Assembly: GCA_012295275.1 (NCBI GenBank)
Contig: CM022679.1
Span: 13,950,001-14,014,000 of the forward strand
Source: Chrysomallon squamiferum
Taxonomy: Eukaryota > Animalia > Mollusca
Direction of reading: 5' to 3'
DNA length: 64,000 bases
The stretch's first letter is position 1. Every line of letters starts with the position of its first letter. Position numbers and translations under genes: made by a program. Under the pieces are notes generated by a model. It was given only the letters and a program-made list of their open reading frames with translations, made no database searches and was not told where the DNA came from. Positions 1 through 12,940 of the stretch are shown here, piece by piece.

Positions 1-1929
1 TATTTAGCTGTGATCATTGGATTCCCTTTATACAGTTATATACCAACAAATATGTCTTCTAGACTCAATGTCCATGGAAGATATGCTGCATTAATTTAAC
101 ATAAACTATGAACCGTACTCTAACAATGTACTTAAAGATTTTTAAAAACTGAATCTCCAAAACTCTATATAAAAAAATTAAAGTTCATAAATAATTTGTT
201 TTATAATTATGTCATAAAACCAGTGGTATATGCTGTGCTATGTAAGACTCTATATTAAAAATTATAATTTTAAAAATATTTTTTTTTTATGTCATAAAAC
301 CTACTATCACTATACCAAAAATATTTAAAAGTAATTCATCTTATATTATGCCCGCTATGAAAATGTATTCTAAAATCATTTTGGAGAAACACAGGTAATA
401 AATGCTTTGCTACTTAGGATTATGAATGTTTCAGACTGTAGGTTTCTCTTACTGGATTCAAGCATCAAAGCGTTATATATTTTTATGACTGATACAAATG
501 AATATCTGCTGTGTTTTGTAATAATTTGTCACTTTGCCAGACATTCAGTTGAGTCCATCAGCTGCTTTAAATACAACCCATAATTTTTTATTTTTTTATT
601 TTTTTGAGCATGTTTATTAATTGAGACAGGTTTTTTGTTGGTCTTTTTTAATGATATCTTCTTTAATACTGAAACAGTCTGTTCATTTAGTTTTATTTCT
701 TTTAAGGTCAGTTCGAACACATATGACTGGATTTTTGTGTAAAATGCTGGGAACATTTAATATAAATTATCAAGCACTTAAAATACTACATATATCATTA
801 AACAACTTTTTTTTTCTCCATTATAATTTAATTGTTTCTGGCTTAGGGAAAGGGTAGAGTTTGGGAATATGTTTTAGATGAGAGGAGTATTATTTTTCAT
901 TTTAATTCCATGCTACCTTTATCAATTTCATAATCACTCGATATCTTTGTTGTCCAAGATGAGATTATCCAAAGTTTTCCGTGTCTTGAATTTATCTTGG
1001 CAAACACCCTCTTAAAAACTGCTTGAGGCAGACTTAGGGAAAATGTATGCAATTAAAACAAAGACCTGAAGTACAGAAAGACATTTCCACAAGATGGTAG
1101 GGCAACACATATTTATGCCCCAGGGTGATGAAGTTCCTTCTGTTAATTGTGTTTTCCAAAATATCTGAATTATCTAATCTGACGAAAAAGTCAATTTTTC
1201 GCCTGAATTATCCACATGGCTGTCATGGGAAAATGGAATAGAGAAAGTTTGATACGTTCTCTGATGGATTGTCATCAATATTGAAAATTGAATCCTCAGA
1301 TATGAAAAAGTGTGATTGCTGGAGTCCTTATCAGTGTTTATTACCACTGATGTCTGGTGTTGTCCACATCGCAAATCATCACAAGTGTTTTGTTAAAGAC
1401 AGCATACTTGCAGATTGTTTTTTTTTTTTATATAATAAATATCATGCAGTTTTAGTATTTCATTAAAAGAAAGCATATAAGAAGAATTTTAGTATTTCGT
1501 TAAACATGCTGCTTACATTTTTTAAATTTTATTCTAAGTGTTTCATTATATCAGAATTTCAATGTTCATTTTTTAACCTTTTTTTAAACCTATTTTTTTA
1601 TTTTGATAAATTACTAGATGCATTTTAATTTTTAAACAATATTTCTGTTAAGTGACTATAAAGCTTTTAACAAGTTCAGTATTTAATTAAACATACACCA
1701 ATATTATTAATTAATTATTAACAAAAATTGATTCTATTAAATGCACCATGACATAAATTAAAAAAAAAGAAAAAAAACATTTTAGTAGTAAAGTTGGAGT
1801 CTTCTATTAAAAAACACTCAGAAAACTTAAATATTTTTATAAATAAGAAACAATCCACACATTTTGACTGATCTCCCTAAACATGTTGTCTTCATTTTTA
1901 ATTAAAGTTACATTTAAATGATGAATGTA

Positions 1930-2225
1930 GTGAGCAATAGCCTAGTGGTTAGAATACTCTTCTGAGACAAGTTAGCATCAATTCACCTTACTGCACCCAT
2001 AAGGCCATTTTCAATTCCAGCCAGTGTCACATAGTAAGTTATAAAAGGCTGTGATGATTATGTATTTTACTGTCAATGGGAATGACATGCATCAGAAATC
2101 TATTGCTGCTAATTGAAAAATGATGCAAGTTTTCTCTAATGACTGATAAATCAGAAGAACCAAATATTTGACATCCAACAACCAATGATAGAAAATTAAT
2201 CAATAATAATCTCTAAGTGTTGTCC
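1930..2225 (+). mobile_element. Degenerate near-full-length tRNA-derived SINE
   Basis: A-box-like TAGCCTAGTGGTT at 1938-1950 and core TTCCAGCCAGTG at 2015-2026. It continues with AAAGGCTGTG, TTGCTGCTAATTGAAAAA and TTTGACATCCAA, with the core in the same order as the copies at 12771, 24300 and 51040. Confidence 0.7.
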
Positions 2226-2719
2226 AGAGTGAATGAATAAATGGACATTTAATTAGACTTCAGCTCAAAAATACATCAGATGTTAGAAGTCAGGACACTG
2301 GCTCATAAAAGAATTAATTAATAAAATTACAGTTAAAACATAATGTAACTAGTGTTGTTGTTGTCGTTGGTGCTCAAGATAACCTCTTGATGAAAAGAAT
2401 GCTTGCTGATAAAGCCACACATGCTGGTGACTTCCATTACTGTAACAGTCAACGAGTAACCAAAATATTTAAATATCTTTAACATGAGATGAGACATGAT
2501 CATTTCCTAGAAAACATTTTTGGAAAAATCTTTCCCCTTTATTTGGTGAGGAGAAGAAGAAAGAAAAATAAAAATAAAAGACAAAAATAAGAGGAACATC
2601 TTTAAACAAAAATTTTTCTAAGAAAATTAATATATTTTTTTTCTCTCAAATTTTTGTCATCTTGCATTTATTCAAACACCAATTTTTTATATTTTTTATC
2701 CCGTGACATTTTCATGATT

Positions 2720-3130
2720 CTCCTTCCATAGTGGAGACGGAGCAGCAGCAGAGAGAGAAAGAGAGAGAGAGAGTGACAGCAGTGAATAATGAAAGGCCAT
2801 AAATAACAATTACAGCTTGTGTGAGTTTTCTAGCCACATACTAGTGGGTTTGCATCAGACTTGAAGAACTTTGTGCAGTCATTTAACTGCTAAGTACCGA
2901 CACTGGCAGAGCGGAATTGCCGAGCTGAATCACAAAATGCAGCTTCTGTCATGAAATTGATTACTGACCAGATCAATGGGCTCGTAATGTAGCTAGTCAG
3001 ATTCTGTGAGAAAATTGTTTTCTCCCTGCTAAATCAATAACTGCCTGTTATTGTTCCGAGTGTGAGCATCAGGTTACTTGCGACAAAACTCATCTGGGTT
3101 TCATATATTCTGGCTATCTTGTTTTGGCGT
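2720..3130. promoter_or_regulatory. Candidate cis-regulatory island
   Basis: Complex, CpG-containing sequence amid AT-rich DNA. It has a (GA)n tract, TGACAG near 2774, GGCCATAAAT near 2796 and several TGAT/ATCAAT motifs. Function is inferred only. Confidence 0.3.
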
Positions 3131-3179
3131 TTATCCCTTGCCTTGATGTATGATTGTTATTATCCTTTGCCCTGATAGA

Positions 3180-3510
3180 TTCTGGCTCTCCCTCTTTGCA
3201 TTTTATTTCCTCCCCTCATTCCCTGATTTCTTTTTCATTGTTCCCCTTTTTTTTTCCCTTGATCAATTATGTCCATCCTTCTTTGCTTATTACCCCTCTT
3301 TCCTTTTTCACTGATTTATTCTGGATCTCTCTCTTGGTTACCCTCATGCTCTTTATTTCTCTCTCTCTTTACCCTTACCCTCTTTATTTATCTCGCTTGT
3401 TCACCCTTACCCTCTTTATTTCTTTCTCTCTCTCTTAACTCTCATATTCTCCTTCTCTCTTCCAACTCCCTAACACCCTCTTTCTTTCTCTGAGCATTCA
3501 TAATTTCTTT
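3180..3510 (+). repeat. Polypyrimidine (CT-rich) low-complexity tract
   Basis: Mostly C/T on the + strand, with recurring TTACCCT and CTCTTTATTT words. Confidence 0.75.
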
Positions 3511-3699
3511 CACTCAAAACATGGATGAAAGTGTGATATCATTTATATTCCTTCCACTACATCTTTAATCTCTCGCCAGCCAGCAAGCCAGCCAGCCAGC
3601 CATCCATTCTCCCCAGTGTTTGTTTACAGACAGACATTCAAACAGATCCCTCTGTTAGCCAGTGGTTGCAGACAGCACAGATTGCTGGTTTATAAGTGA

Positions 3700-3800
3700 T
3701 TTGGTTAATATTGATACATCAGTGGCGGGCGGGCGGAGCAGGCAGGTGGGGCAGGGGAGGCGGGCGGTGCTGGGGTCTAGGGGAGGGCCGTGTAGTAGAT
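3700..3800. promoter_or_regulatory. GC-box cluster, putative G-quadruplex, promoter-like
   Basis: GGCGGGCGGGCGGAGCAGGCAGGTGGGGCAGGGGAGGCGGGCGGTGCTGGGGTCTAGGGGAGGG contains several GGGCG(G) Sp/KLF boxes and about 8 G3-G4 tracts. It is the most GC-rich stretch in the window. Confidence 0.45.
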
Positions 3801-4635
3801 AACTGGAGTAATTGATACTGTGTGTCTGCGCTCAGCAGGTTTCCGCTGTAGCTGCATTATCATTATTAGTGTGTGGAAGGTCTTTTGGAGGTTAAACTGA
3901 TATGGTATTTAGTAAACAAGTGTGCATATTAGACACCTTAGGCAAGAGCTTATTGACTAAGTTAAATAAAGAACAAGATAAAAGGTTAGCACTGTTTTAT
4001 TACCAGTGGGGTGTACCAGTCACTTTAAATGTGTTGGTAAATAGTTTAAAGTGAATATCCAGTTATCTGAGGTGGTCTTTAACTGCGTGTCTGACGCCTG
4101 GTAACTATGGAAGAACCAAGGTTCAAATCTTGGTGGTGCCAGGTATCAAATTTTACCTTTATTTTAACTGGCACTTTGTTTTGTAAAATTAACTTTTTAA
4201 TAAGTATTATTATTAACATACTCTCTGATATTTAAAATTTAAAGTATCAGTACAAAATTTCGATAGTTTATATCTATTTAAATAAAACATACACTTATTG
4301 GTTTATTTTATTTTATTTTAACAGTTTTTAAGAAAGAAATGATTAAATCTGGTAATTTATTTTATTTTAATGTTGCAGTTTTTAACAAGTCTTTCCAATC
4401 AGTTTTGACAATGGCTGTAGCACTAAGAAATCAGTATGGCTTTTCACACAAAGATTATATGAAACATTGCGTCATCACTTACTGGTCCACTTTGACAATC
4501 AGATGCTTAGGCACCTTCACAAAGCTTTTCCCAATCCGGCACACCACCAGGTTAGGACCAGATTTTTGCCTTGTTCTTTAAACTATCAGACTTCATAATA
4601 CTTCAGTGAAAAGATCAAATGAAGCAGAAACAAAC

Positions 4636-4676
<41 letters not shown>

Positions 4677-5357
4677 AAAAAATAATTGTGTATGTGGGAC
4701 TGGCCTGGATGTGGAAGGAGCTGGGGGGATATATACTGGTGGTGGTAGTGTATGTGTGGGTGGGTGTGCGTGCTCTTAAGGAATTACTCTGGTCTCACAC
4801 ACACACACACACACACACACACCACTTATAAAACACACACAGACAGGTCCAAATTATTTGTGTGTGTGTGTGTGTGTATCTATATTAGGCCCACTGTGCA
4901 ACTGTTGGGGAAAGAAGTTGGGGGAGAAATAGGCTGTGTGGGGGAGATTTTAGGGACTAGACTCTGTGGGGGGAAGTGAAGGGGGGGGCTAGGCTGGGTG
5001 TGTGTGTCAGTGTGTTCAGGTTTCTTTGTGTACCTCTGCTCTGCTAGGTCACAGCAGTTGGGTCATAGAATTACACAAAGACCATTTTGCCTGGTTCATG
5101 TGATAACAATAATCATAAAAAATAATGTTTTAAAAATGGAGGTGTTAAACAGGAATTTGTACCAGACAAAGAATATTATCATTTGATCGTGTATGAATAA
5201 ATAATAATAATATGAATAGTAATCATAATGATTATGATTAAAATATAATAATAATAACAATAACAGTAATAATAATATCAGTAGTAATAATATCATTAAT
5301 AACAATAATAACAATAAGAAGAAAAACAGTCACAACCACAGCAATAATATCAATAAC

Positions 5358-5411
<54 letters not shown>
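5358..5411 (+). repeat. (AAT)n microsatellite within a wider AAT-rich tract (about 5190-5760)
   Basis: Direct reading. Confidence 0.95.
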
Positions 5412-5412
<1 letters not shown>

Positions 5413-7059
5413 GTTGAATGGAGGTGGTAAAGGAAGATAAAACACAGAATATTATAATTTGATTATATTATAATGATAACAATAATAACAAACATTTGAA
5501 AAACTGGAAATGGTAGACCTAACTTTGAATATTACAGTTTAATTACTTCATGATTAATTAATAATAAAAATAATATTAACAATAAAAAAAAAATAACAGT
5601 ACAATAATAATAATAATAAAATTAATAACAACAATCCTGATAACTACAACAATATCAGTAACTGTAATAATAAATACTGTTATAAAAAACTGAGATGCTG
5701 AAGACAAAATAATATTGGAAAAAAACACTATTATGGTTTAATAACATAATAATAATAAATAAATTATTTAAAATTTTTGAAGATGCAGGTTTTAGGGCCT
5801 GACAAATATTTTTATGGTCTTGAATATTAAAGATAAATTTAAAAAAAACAAAAACATTATTATTATATTTAAAAAAAACAAAAATATCAACAACAAAACA
5901 TCTGAGGGAGTCTGGTCGACCAAGTGCAATATAAGACAAAGAAAACTGCTTCTCATGCTATAACAACATTTTGAATTTTTTTGAATTTGGAGTCATGGGA
6001 TTTATGCTAGACAAAGAGAATTATTAGTCATGTGACACAATAATTTGAATTTATATTTGTTGTACTTTAAGAATATGGGTTTTTCAACGTCTTCATTTTT
6101 TCTTTATTTTTTTGATTATTGAAAACAAAAAGAAGTTACTATTATTATTGATATATAACTCAAAAAATAAATAAAAATAAATAAAAATAAATAACCCCTG
6201 CCAGATTATGTCTTAATCTTTTAATAAAAAAAAACTACTATTATTAATCATTGTTTTTATTGTTATAGTTTTTTGCTATTTTTTTCTTTTTCTTCTTTTC
6301 TTTGTTTGCTCACTGGTGTAAATTATCCTAATTCTTGCAATGTTTTCTTATTTTATTTTTAATTTTTTGTTTTTATTATTATTTTAATTATTGCACTGTT
6401 GTAATGAAACTCATTTCTTCTTGCAAATTACCAGCCCTTTCCAGAGTCCTTGGATCTGCCACTGTTGTGCCACAAGATTATTTAATATCAAACAAAGACT
6501 ATTATTATTCATGCGAAACAGAATTTTAAATTCTATTTTTAAACTCTGCTAAATGAGATCACTGGATATCATGAGTTAAGCGCGATATAAAACATAGAAT
6601 TTAATGTGTCTGAAAAGTTAAGATTTTATGAAATAATTTAAGATTAAATAAATGTTTTGTTTTAAAATTGAGTTGTTATAGTTAAACAGATTATTTAAAA
6701 TTAAATAACTGATTTATTTTATCTCTCGTAATGAATACATAATTTAAAAACAAACAGGATTTTTTTATTTTTATTCTTGATGTTATTGTGAGACTGTTTA
6801 TTTAAAAATAAATTGTATAATTGTGTTTATTTAACAAATTAAATTTTAATTAAGCTTAAAAATTAAAAGAGTTGAACTACTTATTATTAAATATTAAATT
6901 TAGTTCATATTATATTAAAACATTTTTTTAATAAAAATAATTTAAAAAAAAAAATGAATGGTGTCACGAGCTCTGAGTGTTTTGTACCAGACAAAGGACA
7001 TTTCAGCTGATGTAACTCCTTAAAAAAAGAAAGAAAAAAAAAAAAAAAATGTTTTTGAA

Positions 7060-7600
7060 AACGAGAACATCGCATGACGTTTTTTAAAAAATAAAATCAA
7101 CAGCAGGGGAGAAAGAAAGAGAATGTTTGTAGAAGAGGGTCGAGCATTTAAAAGATGGTGTACGGTTTCTGTTACCGCTAACAGCTCAGGGACGTCTGAC
7201 TAGCGATGTTGTTAAAAAGATGAGAGCCAGGCTCGTTGAGGCTGTCATTACACGTGACAAACAATCATCTTATTGTCATGTGATCGTAGTTAGTGGAGAG
7301 ATCTTTTCGAGATTTATCGCGGATCACGTAACAAAACACAGTTTAACTTGTAACCAGTGACTGACAAATTAGCCACTTCCTTTTTTCTTTCTTGCGTTAT
7401 TCACCAGCTCGCCCGATGTTGTTAGTGTAAACACTGATGTGTTTAGTTCTTTCATTGTACCCTCAATGAATGCGCGAAGAAAGATTCTGCAGTATGAATT
7501 AGTGTATTTAATAGTCCCGTGTTTGTTGTTTGCTGTCAGTGTATATTTGTTATGTTGCTGTCTAATAGGAATAACACCACTGCAGAGCAATACATGCGTT
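7060..7600. promoter_or_regulatory. CpG-enriched island with E-box and CRE-like motifs
   Basis: Many CpGs relative to the flanks. TGACGT near 7075, CACGTGAC at 7251, GTCATGTGA at 7275 and TCACGTAA near 7324. Confidence 0.35.
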
Positions 7601-7764
7601 AACAATAAAGATTTTTTTTTTTATTTCTGTGTAATTAAATGGAAATAAAATAAATCGTTACAGATTAATATATATATGACAATTAAATGATGATGATAAT
7701 AACAGTGTGTGTGTGTATGTGTGTGGCCTCTTTTTTTATTGATTATTATTATTTTTATATATTT

Positions 7765-7787
7765 ATTATTATTATTATTATTATTAC

Positions 7788-7850
<63 letters not shown>
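7765..7850 (+). repeat. (ATT)n microsatellite
   Basis: Direct reading. It explains the poly-Ile and poly-Leu ORFs here. Confidence 0.95.
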
Positions 7851-7851
<1 letters not shown>

Positions 7852-8049
7852 TTATTTATTTATTTATTTTTTTATACAGTTTCATATAATTTTATAATTA
7901 ATTTAATACAAATAAAATAAAATCGGTGATTATTTGACCTGGATTAGCAGAACATAGGAAGAATATACTGTATCAATAAAAATATTTTCTATTCCAGAAG
8001 GATTAACGCTAATCAGAAGAATGACTTGCCATAGTGTGCCAGACATATA

Positions 8050-8165
8050 ACTTTATACACTAGCCAGAACATCCTCACAAGTTTATTGAAAGCCATGGTA
8101 AGTGTTTTCCTGTTTATGGGACGATTCATATATAATTTCTCTTACTGCTTATCAGTAAGAGGAAA
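8050..8165 (+). mobile_element. SINE core fragment (same family)
   Basis: TAGCCAG...AAAGCCATGGTAAGTGTTTTCCTGTTTATGGG...CATATATAA...CTTACTGCTTATC matches the family core order. Confidence 0.5.
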
Positions 8166-9344
8166 TACATATATTTCACCCCTAATGACTCTTTTTCTTT
8201 TAAATGTAAACAAATAATTTTAAGTATCAGTTGTTCGTTTTCTGTTCCATGACAAACATTTTTATTTCAGTACAACAGTGTGCTGTTGAGGTCTATCGAA
8301 AATAATAATAATTTATGACACGTCAGATATAAAAGTATGTACAAATAAAAGATCCTTTGCTTTTCCTGAGTAAGAGAAACCCTTTCTGATATCTGGTGAG
8401 ATAAAATCCTTGTTTTGTTTTACAACATGCTGGTGGTTTAGGGTGAGTACAGTAACAATAAAAATATTTATAAGCTTTTTGATTGTTAACTTACAGTGTT
8501 GAAGGAATGTGAAGAAAAAAAAAAGAGACTATTTTGATATATAACTTGTTATATCATTAAGAATAATCAGCACATTTTTATTGAATGTCAGACAGGCTGA
8601 ACAGTTCTGAAAAAAAAAAAAAAAAATTAATGCTCGTATTATGGAAAAATGTCTTCTTTTTTTTTTGTCTGTCATTATGTTATGACTGTCAGGAAAATGT
8701 CACTTAGATAATTTAATTTATTATGTTGGAATTAATCTTTTGTTTTTACCTTATTGTTTGAAAATTATCATTTTTAGTCTTATTGTTTTCAAATTATTGT
8801 TATTACCATTGTATTCATTATAAACATTATGATAATCGGTATCATCGTCATCATTGTTCTTTTCTTCTTGTACCATCATCATTATTATTATTGTTATTGT
8901 TATTACTGTTATTGTTATTGTTATTATTATTTATGCAGCTTTACACCAATTTGCATATAGAATTTTAAGATAAACAAGTTTTAAGTTAGAATTCACTGGC
9001 AAAACTGTCACAGTCTTCAAGATTTCTTTTATTCCAGACAGCAACTATTCCTTTACAAACCAGACAACTCTACTAATATAAATAAACATCAGTGATTAGA
9101 TTATTTGTATGGTTTTTTTTTTTAATATCATAGCCACTCAATAAATATTCTTATAAATAAAAATAAATCTAATAGCATATAAAAGTGTAACTTGTGCTTG
9201 CTGAAGGTTTATGCTTTGCAAATCTCAATAAAAGCTAATTAATCTTCAAATTAATTTCAAATAACATTGCAGTGTTTTTTTATTCAGAGTGTGTTTCTTT
9301 ATATACCAAACTCACATAAAAACAAAAAGATTATAATAACTTTT

Positions 9345-9800
9345 ATAAAAGAATAACCAGTGTTTATGTTGAAGATTTTTGTCTGAAAATTTCTTTAAAT
9401 ATAAAATCTTTTAACACCCCTATTAACAACAAACAACAGTACAGATTGAATCTACCATACTTTCGTTTAAAAAAAAACAAAAAACACTAATTTATAGTAA
9501 ATAAAAGAATAACAGATGTGTGCATGTTGAAGGTTTCGACTCTAAATATTACTATAAATACATGACTTTTCACCTTAGAAACTACAAAATCCATATACCA
9601 AAACAGAAAAAAAAAAAAACCAACAACAATATTATGGAACACATTTACCTTTTCTTCTTTTTTAAATCTTTTATTTTTTATTTTTTAAACCAATTTAGAG
9701 CATATAAAAGAATAACCAATGTGTATAGTTAAGGTTTCTGCTCTTAAAACAATCCCTATAAACCCTTTATACCCTTTACCACCACCAACAGTGTGAAATC
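9345..9800 (+). repeat. Three diverged local repeats (spacing about 155-200 bp)
   Basis: ATAAAAGAATAAC...GT...GTT(G)AAG(G/A)TTT starts at about 9345, 9501 and 9703. Confidence 0.7.
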
Positions 9801-9829
9801 TCAATCACTGGACAATTCTTTTCGTTTCA

Positions 9830-10195
9830 TCACGTAAAATCAACCCCAGATAATTTCTCGAAAACCATTGTCAATATGGCGGCCCAGTCGAATCAATTTA
9901 CCGAGCATGGTGCATGCACCTTGTGTGGCTTTTATGGTTTCATTTATTCTAACAGCTTGTTACTGCCTTCATTGTTGGGGGCTATCAAAGTCGTGCAAGT
10001 ATTTCACCAAGCTTTGATTATATTGCTGTGAACCGCACCACTAACCGGCTATTTGCTGTGCTTTCTGGGTAAACACACTTGCTTATTTTTGCAGCGAATG
10101 TATAATCAATCAATCAAGAGTACTACTTGCCGTACAGCAAATGCCAGTAAATTGTGCCAAGTACTTCACAGTACATAAATAGCTGTTAAATCTCT
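9830..10195. promoter_or_regulatory. Candidate cis-regulatory island
   Basis: CpG-containing complex sequence with ATGGCGGC (YY1-like) near 9876, TTTATGG near 9931 and ATCAATCAATCA (Pbx-like on the minus strand) near 10105. Confidence 0.35.
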
Positions 10196-10349
10196 CCTTC
10201 TTTGAGAAATTAGTTTTTTTTTTTTTTTTTTTTTTTTTTTGGTTTGTTTGTTTGTTTGTTTGTTTTTTTTAAACTCGGTGTGTTATTTAAATGTTTTTCA
10301 GTGTTTGTAATTAAAATAATAAGTGAAGAAAAAAGATTTTTTTAATAGA

Positions 10350-10397
<48 letters not shown>

Positions 10398-10544
10398 GTT
10401 ATTATTTTTATTTATTTATTTATTTATTTATTTATTTTGTATTATTTATTAGTTTATTATCTAATTTTATTACCAACTTTGTTATTTATTTAATAGCTAT
10501 TTATGTATGTATGTATGTATGTATGTATGCTATTTATATATTAT

Positions 10545-10817
10545 TATATCTTACCTAAACTAACCTAATCCTAGTTTATCTTATCTTATCCTATTTTATT
10601 TTATGTTATGTTATCCTATCTTATCCTGTCTTACCCTGTCTTATCGTATCCTAACTTATCCTATCCTATTCTCACCTATCATCTTATCTTATTGTATCAT
10701 ATCTTGTTTTAACCTATCCTTTCTTATCTCATCCTGTCCTATTATTTACTATTTATCCTATCCTATCCTACCCTATCATCTTATCCTATCATTTTATGTT
10801 ATCCTATCCTATCCTAT
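10545..10817 (+). repeat. Degenerate (CTATC/TTATC)n pentanucleotide tract
   Basis: Direct reading. Confidence 0.85.
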
Positions 10818-12770
10818 TTTTTTTTTTTTTTTTTTTTTATTTTGTTCACTCCATAGACTTGTACCTATTCAGATTTTATACATGGTGTGTAGTTATGTGA
10901 TCAATATGAAACGATGGTTTTTGACACTAACTTAATAACAATCTAACACACTAACCTGGTCACACATTAACCTGTCAATTCTGATTACCTGATAACAACA
11001 CCACTGGAAATGAAGACACAGACTAGCATGCTTGAACCCTCGGTTAAAATTTTATCAAGCTTTTTAAGCTATAATAAATAATAACCGAAATGTTAAATTT
11101 CAAACAAAAATTGTGCACTGTGCAGTCTTTTTATTATTATTTCTTTTATTATTATTAAACATTTTATTTTATTTATTTATATTCATTTTATTTTTATTTT
11201 ATTTTATTTTTATTTTTTAATTTGTATATTATTAGTTTAATATTTATTATTATTATTATTATTATTTTTATTTTTATTATTATTAAAAACAAAATTCTTG
11301 AAAAAGAATTTTGTTAATAATTTTTATATGACATACCAATAACAAATAATTTATAAAGAAATCATTTAAAATACCTATCTGGCAGGCAGGAATTACCTTG
11401 CTTCATTTTGACTCTTGAATATGGCACCACATTTATCACAGAAAGTGACTCACTTTTATTTTAAAGCATTTGATATTCTCTGTGTGGTCCATGTAATATG
11501 GTGGTATATTGCATAACAAACAAAAAATACAAAACAAAACAATAACTGTAAGGAAATTTATCATTCTGATCCCTTTAACACCATGTTACTGACACTATAT
11601 AGAAGAATTTTTTTTATAATAAAATGTTTATTACTTATTTATTATTTTTATTTTTTATTTTTTTATTTATTTATTTTTTTATTTTATTTTATTTTATTTT
11701 ATTTTATTTTATTTTATTTTATTAATATATTATTTATTTATTATTTTATTTTATTTTGTTAATTTTTATAATTTTATATATATATATATTTTTTTAAATT
11801 ATTCTACTAATAATTAAATACAAATTTTTAAACATTTAGGAACACAACTAGTAGATTAATGGCAGGGTAAATAATTAATATAAGAATAACAAAATAGTAA
11901 GTAAATATATAAATATAATTAATAGCAATAGCAATAATAGTAATAAAAATAATAATAGTGTAAAAGTAATAATAATAAATTGGAAAAGTAGTAATAACTA
12001 ATAATAATGATGATAATAATAATAATAATAGTGATAAAGTAATAATAATAATTAGAAAAGTAGGAATAACTACTACTACTACTACTAATAATAATAATAG
12101 TAATAGTGATAAAAGTAATAATAATAATAATTTGGTATTACTAGCAAATAACAGTAAGAAACTTAGAAGGTTTTTTTTTTTTTTTCTAACAGATTTATAG
12201 TTGGGTCTGTTTTACTTGTATATTCTAAATGATATAATAATTGTAGCTCTTGGAATCACTTTTCATTCTATTTTTTTTTTAAATTATTATTATTATTTTT
12301 TTTTAAAGCTAACACAAAACTGCCTATTCATGAAAACCTACTTTTAATACTCTATCACTCATAGGTTAAAGAAATGGTTCCTTTGATGTTAATTTTATTT
12401 CTTGCTATTATTTCATACCTGTGGTTTTGTTACATCATATAAAATTTTATTTTTATTATGAAATTTTTTTGTTCTTGCGTGTTGTATCATATTAACTTCT
12501 TTTTCAAATTTTTAAATCAATATACTGATATTGAGAAGAAAAATGAAATATAGGGAGAAACTTTAATTGTCAACATTCAGCATTTTTATTACTGCTATTA
12601 TTGTTGTTGTTGTTCTTCTTCTTATTCCCTCTTCTTCTTGTTGTTGTTATTATTATATCATTTTCTCTCACTTTTTCACTTCCATATATTTTCACCTGTC
12701 TTATAGAATTTATTTTTTATTTTCCTTCACTCTTAAGCTCTATCTCCCTTTCTTTGCTTCCTTATCTCTT

Positions 12771-12940
12771 GTGGTGGAATGTAGCTCACCTGAAGAGCAT
12801 TTGTTCACAATGCAGTGAGTATGTGGTTCAGCCCCTCTTTGTGGACCCAATGAACTATTTCTCATTCCAGCCAGTGCTGTGGTATAACAAAAGCCACGGT
12901 TTGTACTGTCTTGTCTTTGTGATGGTGCAGATTAGAAAAG
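12771..12940 (+). mobile_element. 5' half of tRNA-derived SINE
   Basis: tRNA-like head GTAGCTCA...AGAGCA...GGTTCAGCCC, then GGACCCAATGAACTATTTCTCATTCCAGCCAGTGC...AAAAGCCACGGT...GATGGTGCA. Confidence 0.7.

Noticed and set aside
920-1466. Complex sequence with 65-66 aa ORFs on both strands
   Set aside because: There is no recognisable protein motif or clear pair of splice sites. An exon or old transposon fragment cannot be excluded without a homology search.
4065-4142. B-box-like GGTTCAAATC next to a SINE-like 3' segment
   Set aside because: Too short and out of order to call a Pol III gene; probably repeat debris.
6445-6464. CTTGGATCTGCCACTG resembling the right terminal repeat of CAGTGGCGGATC-type MITEs
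   Set aside because: No matching left terminus or target-site duplication was found nearby.
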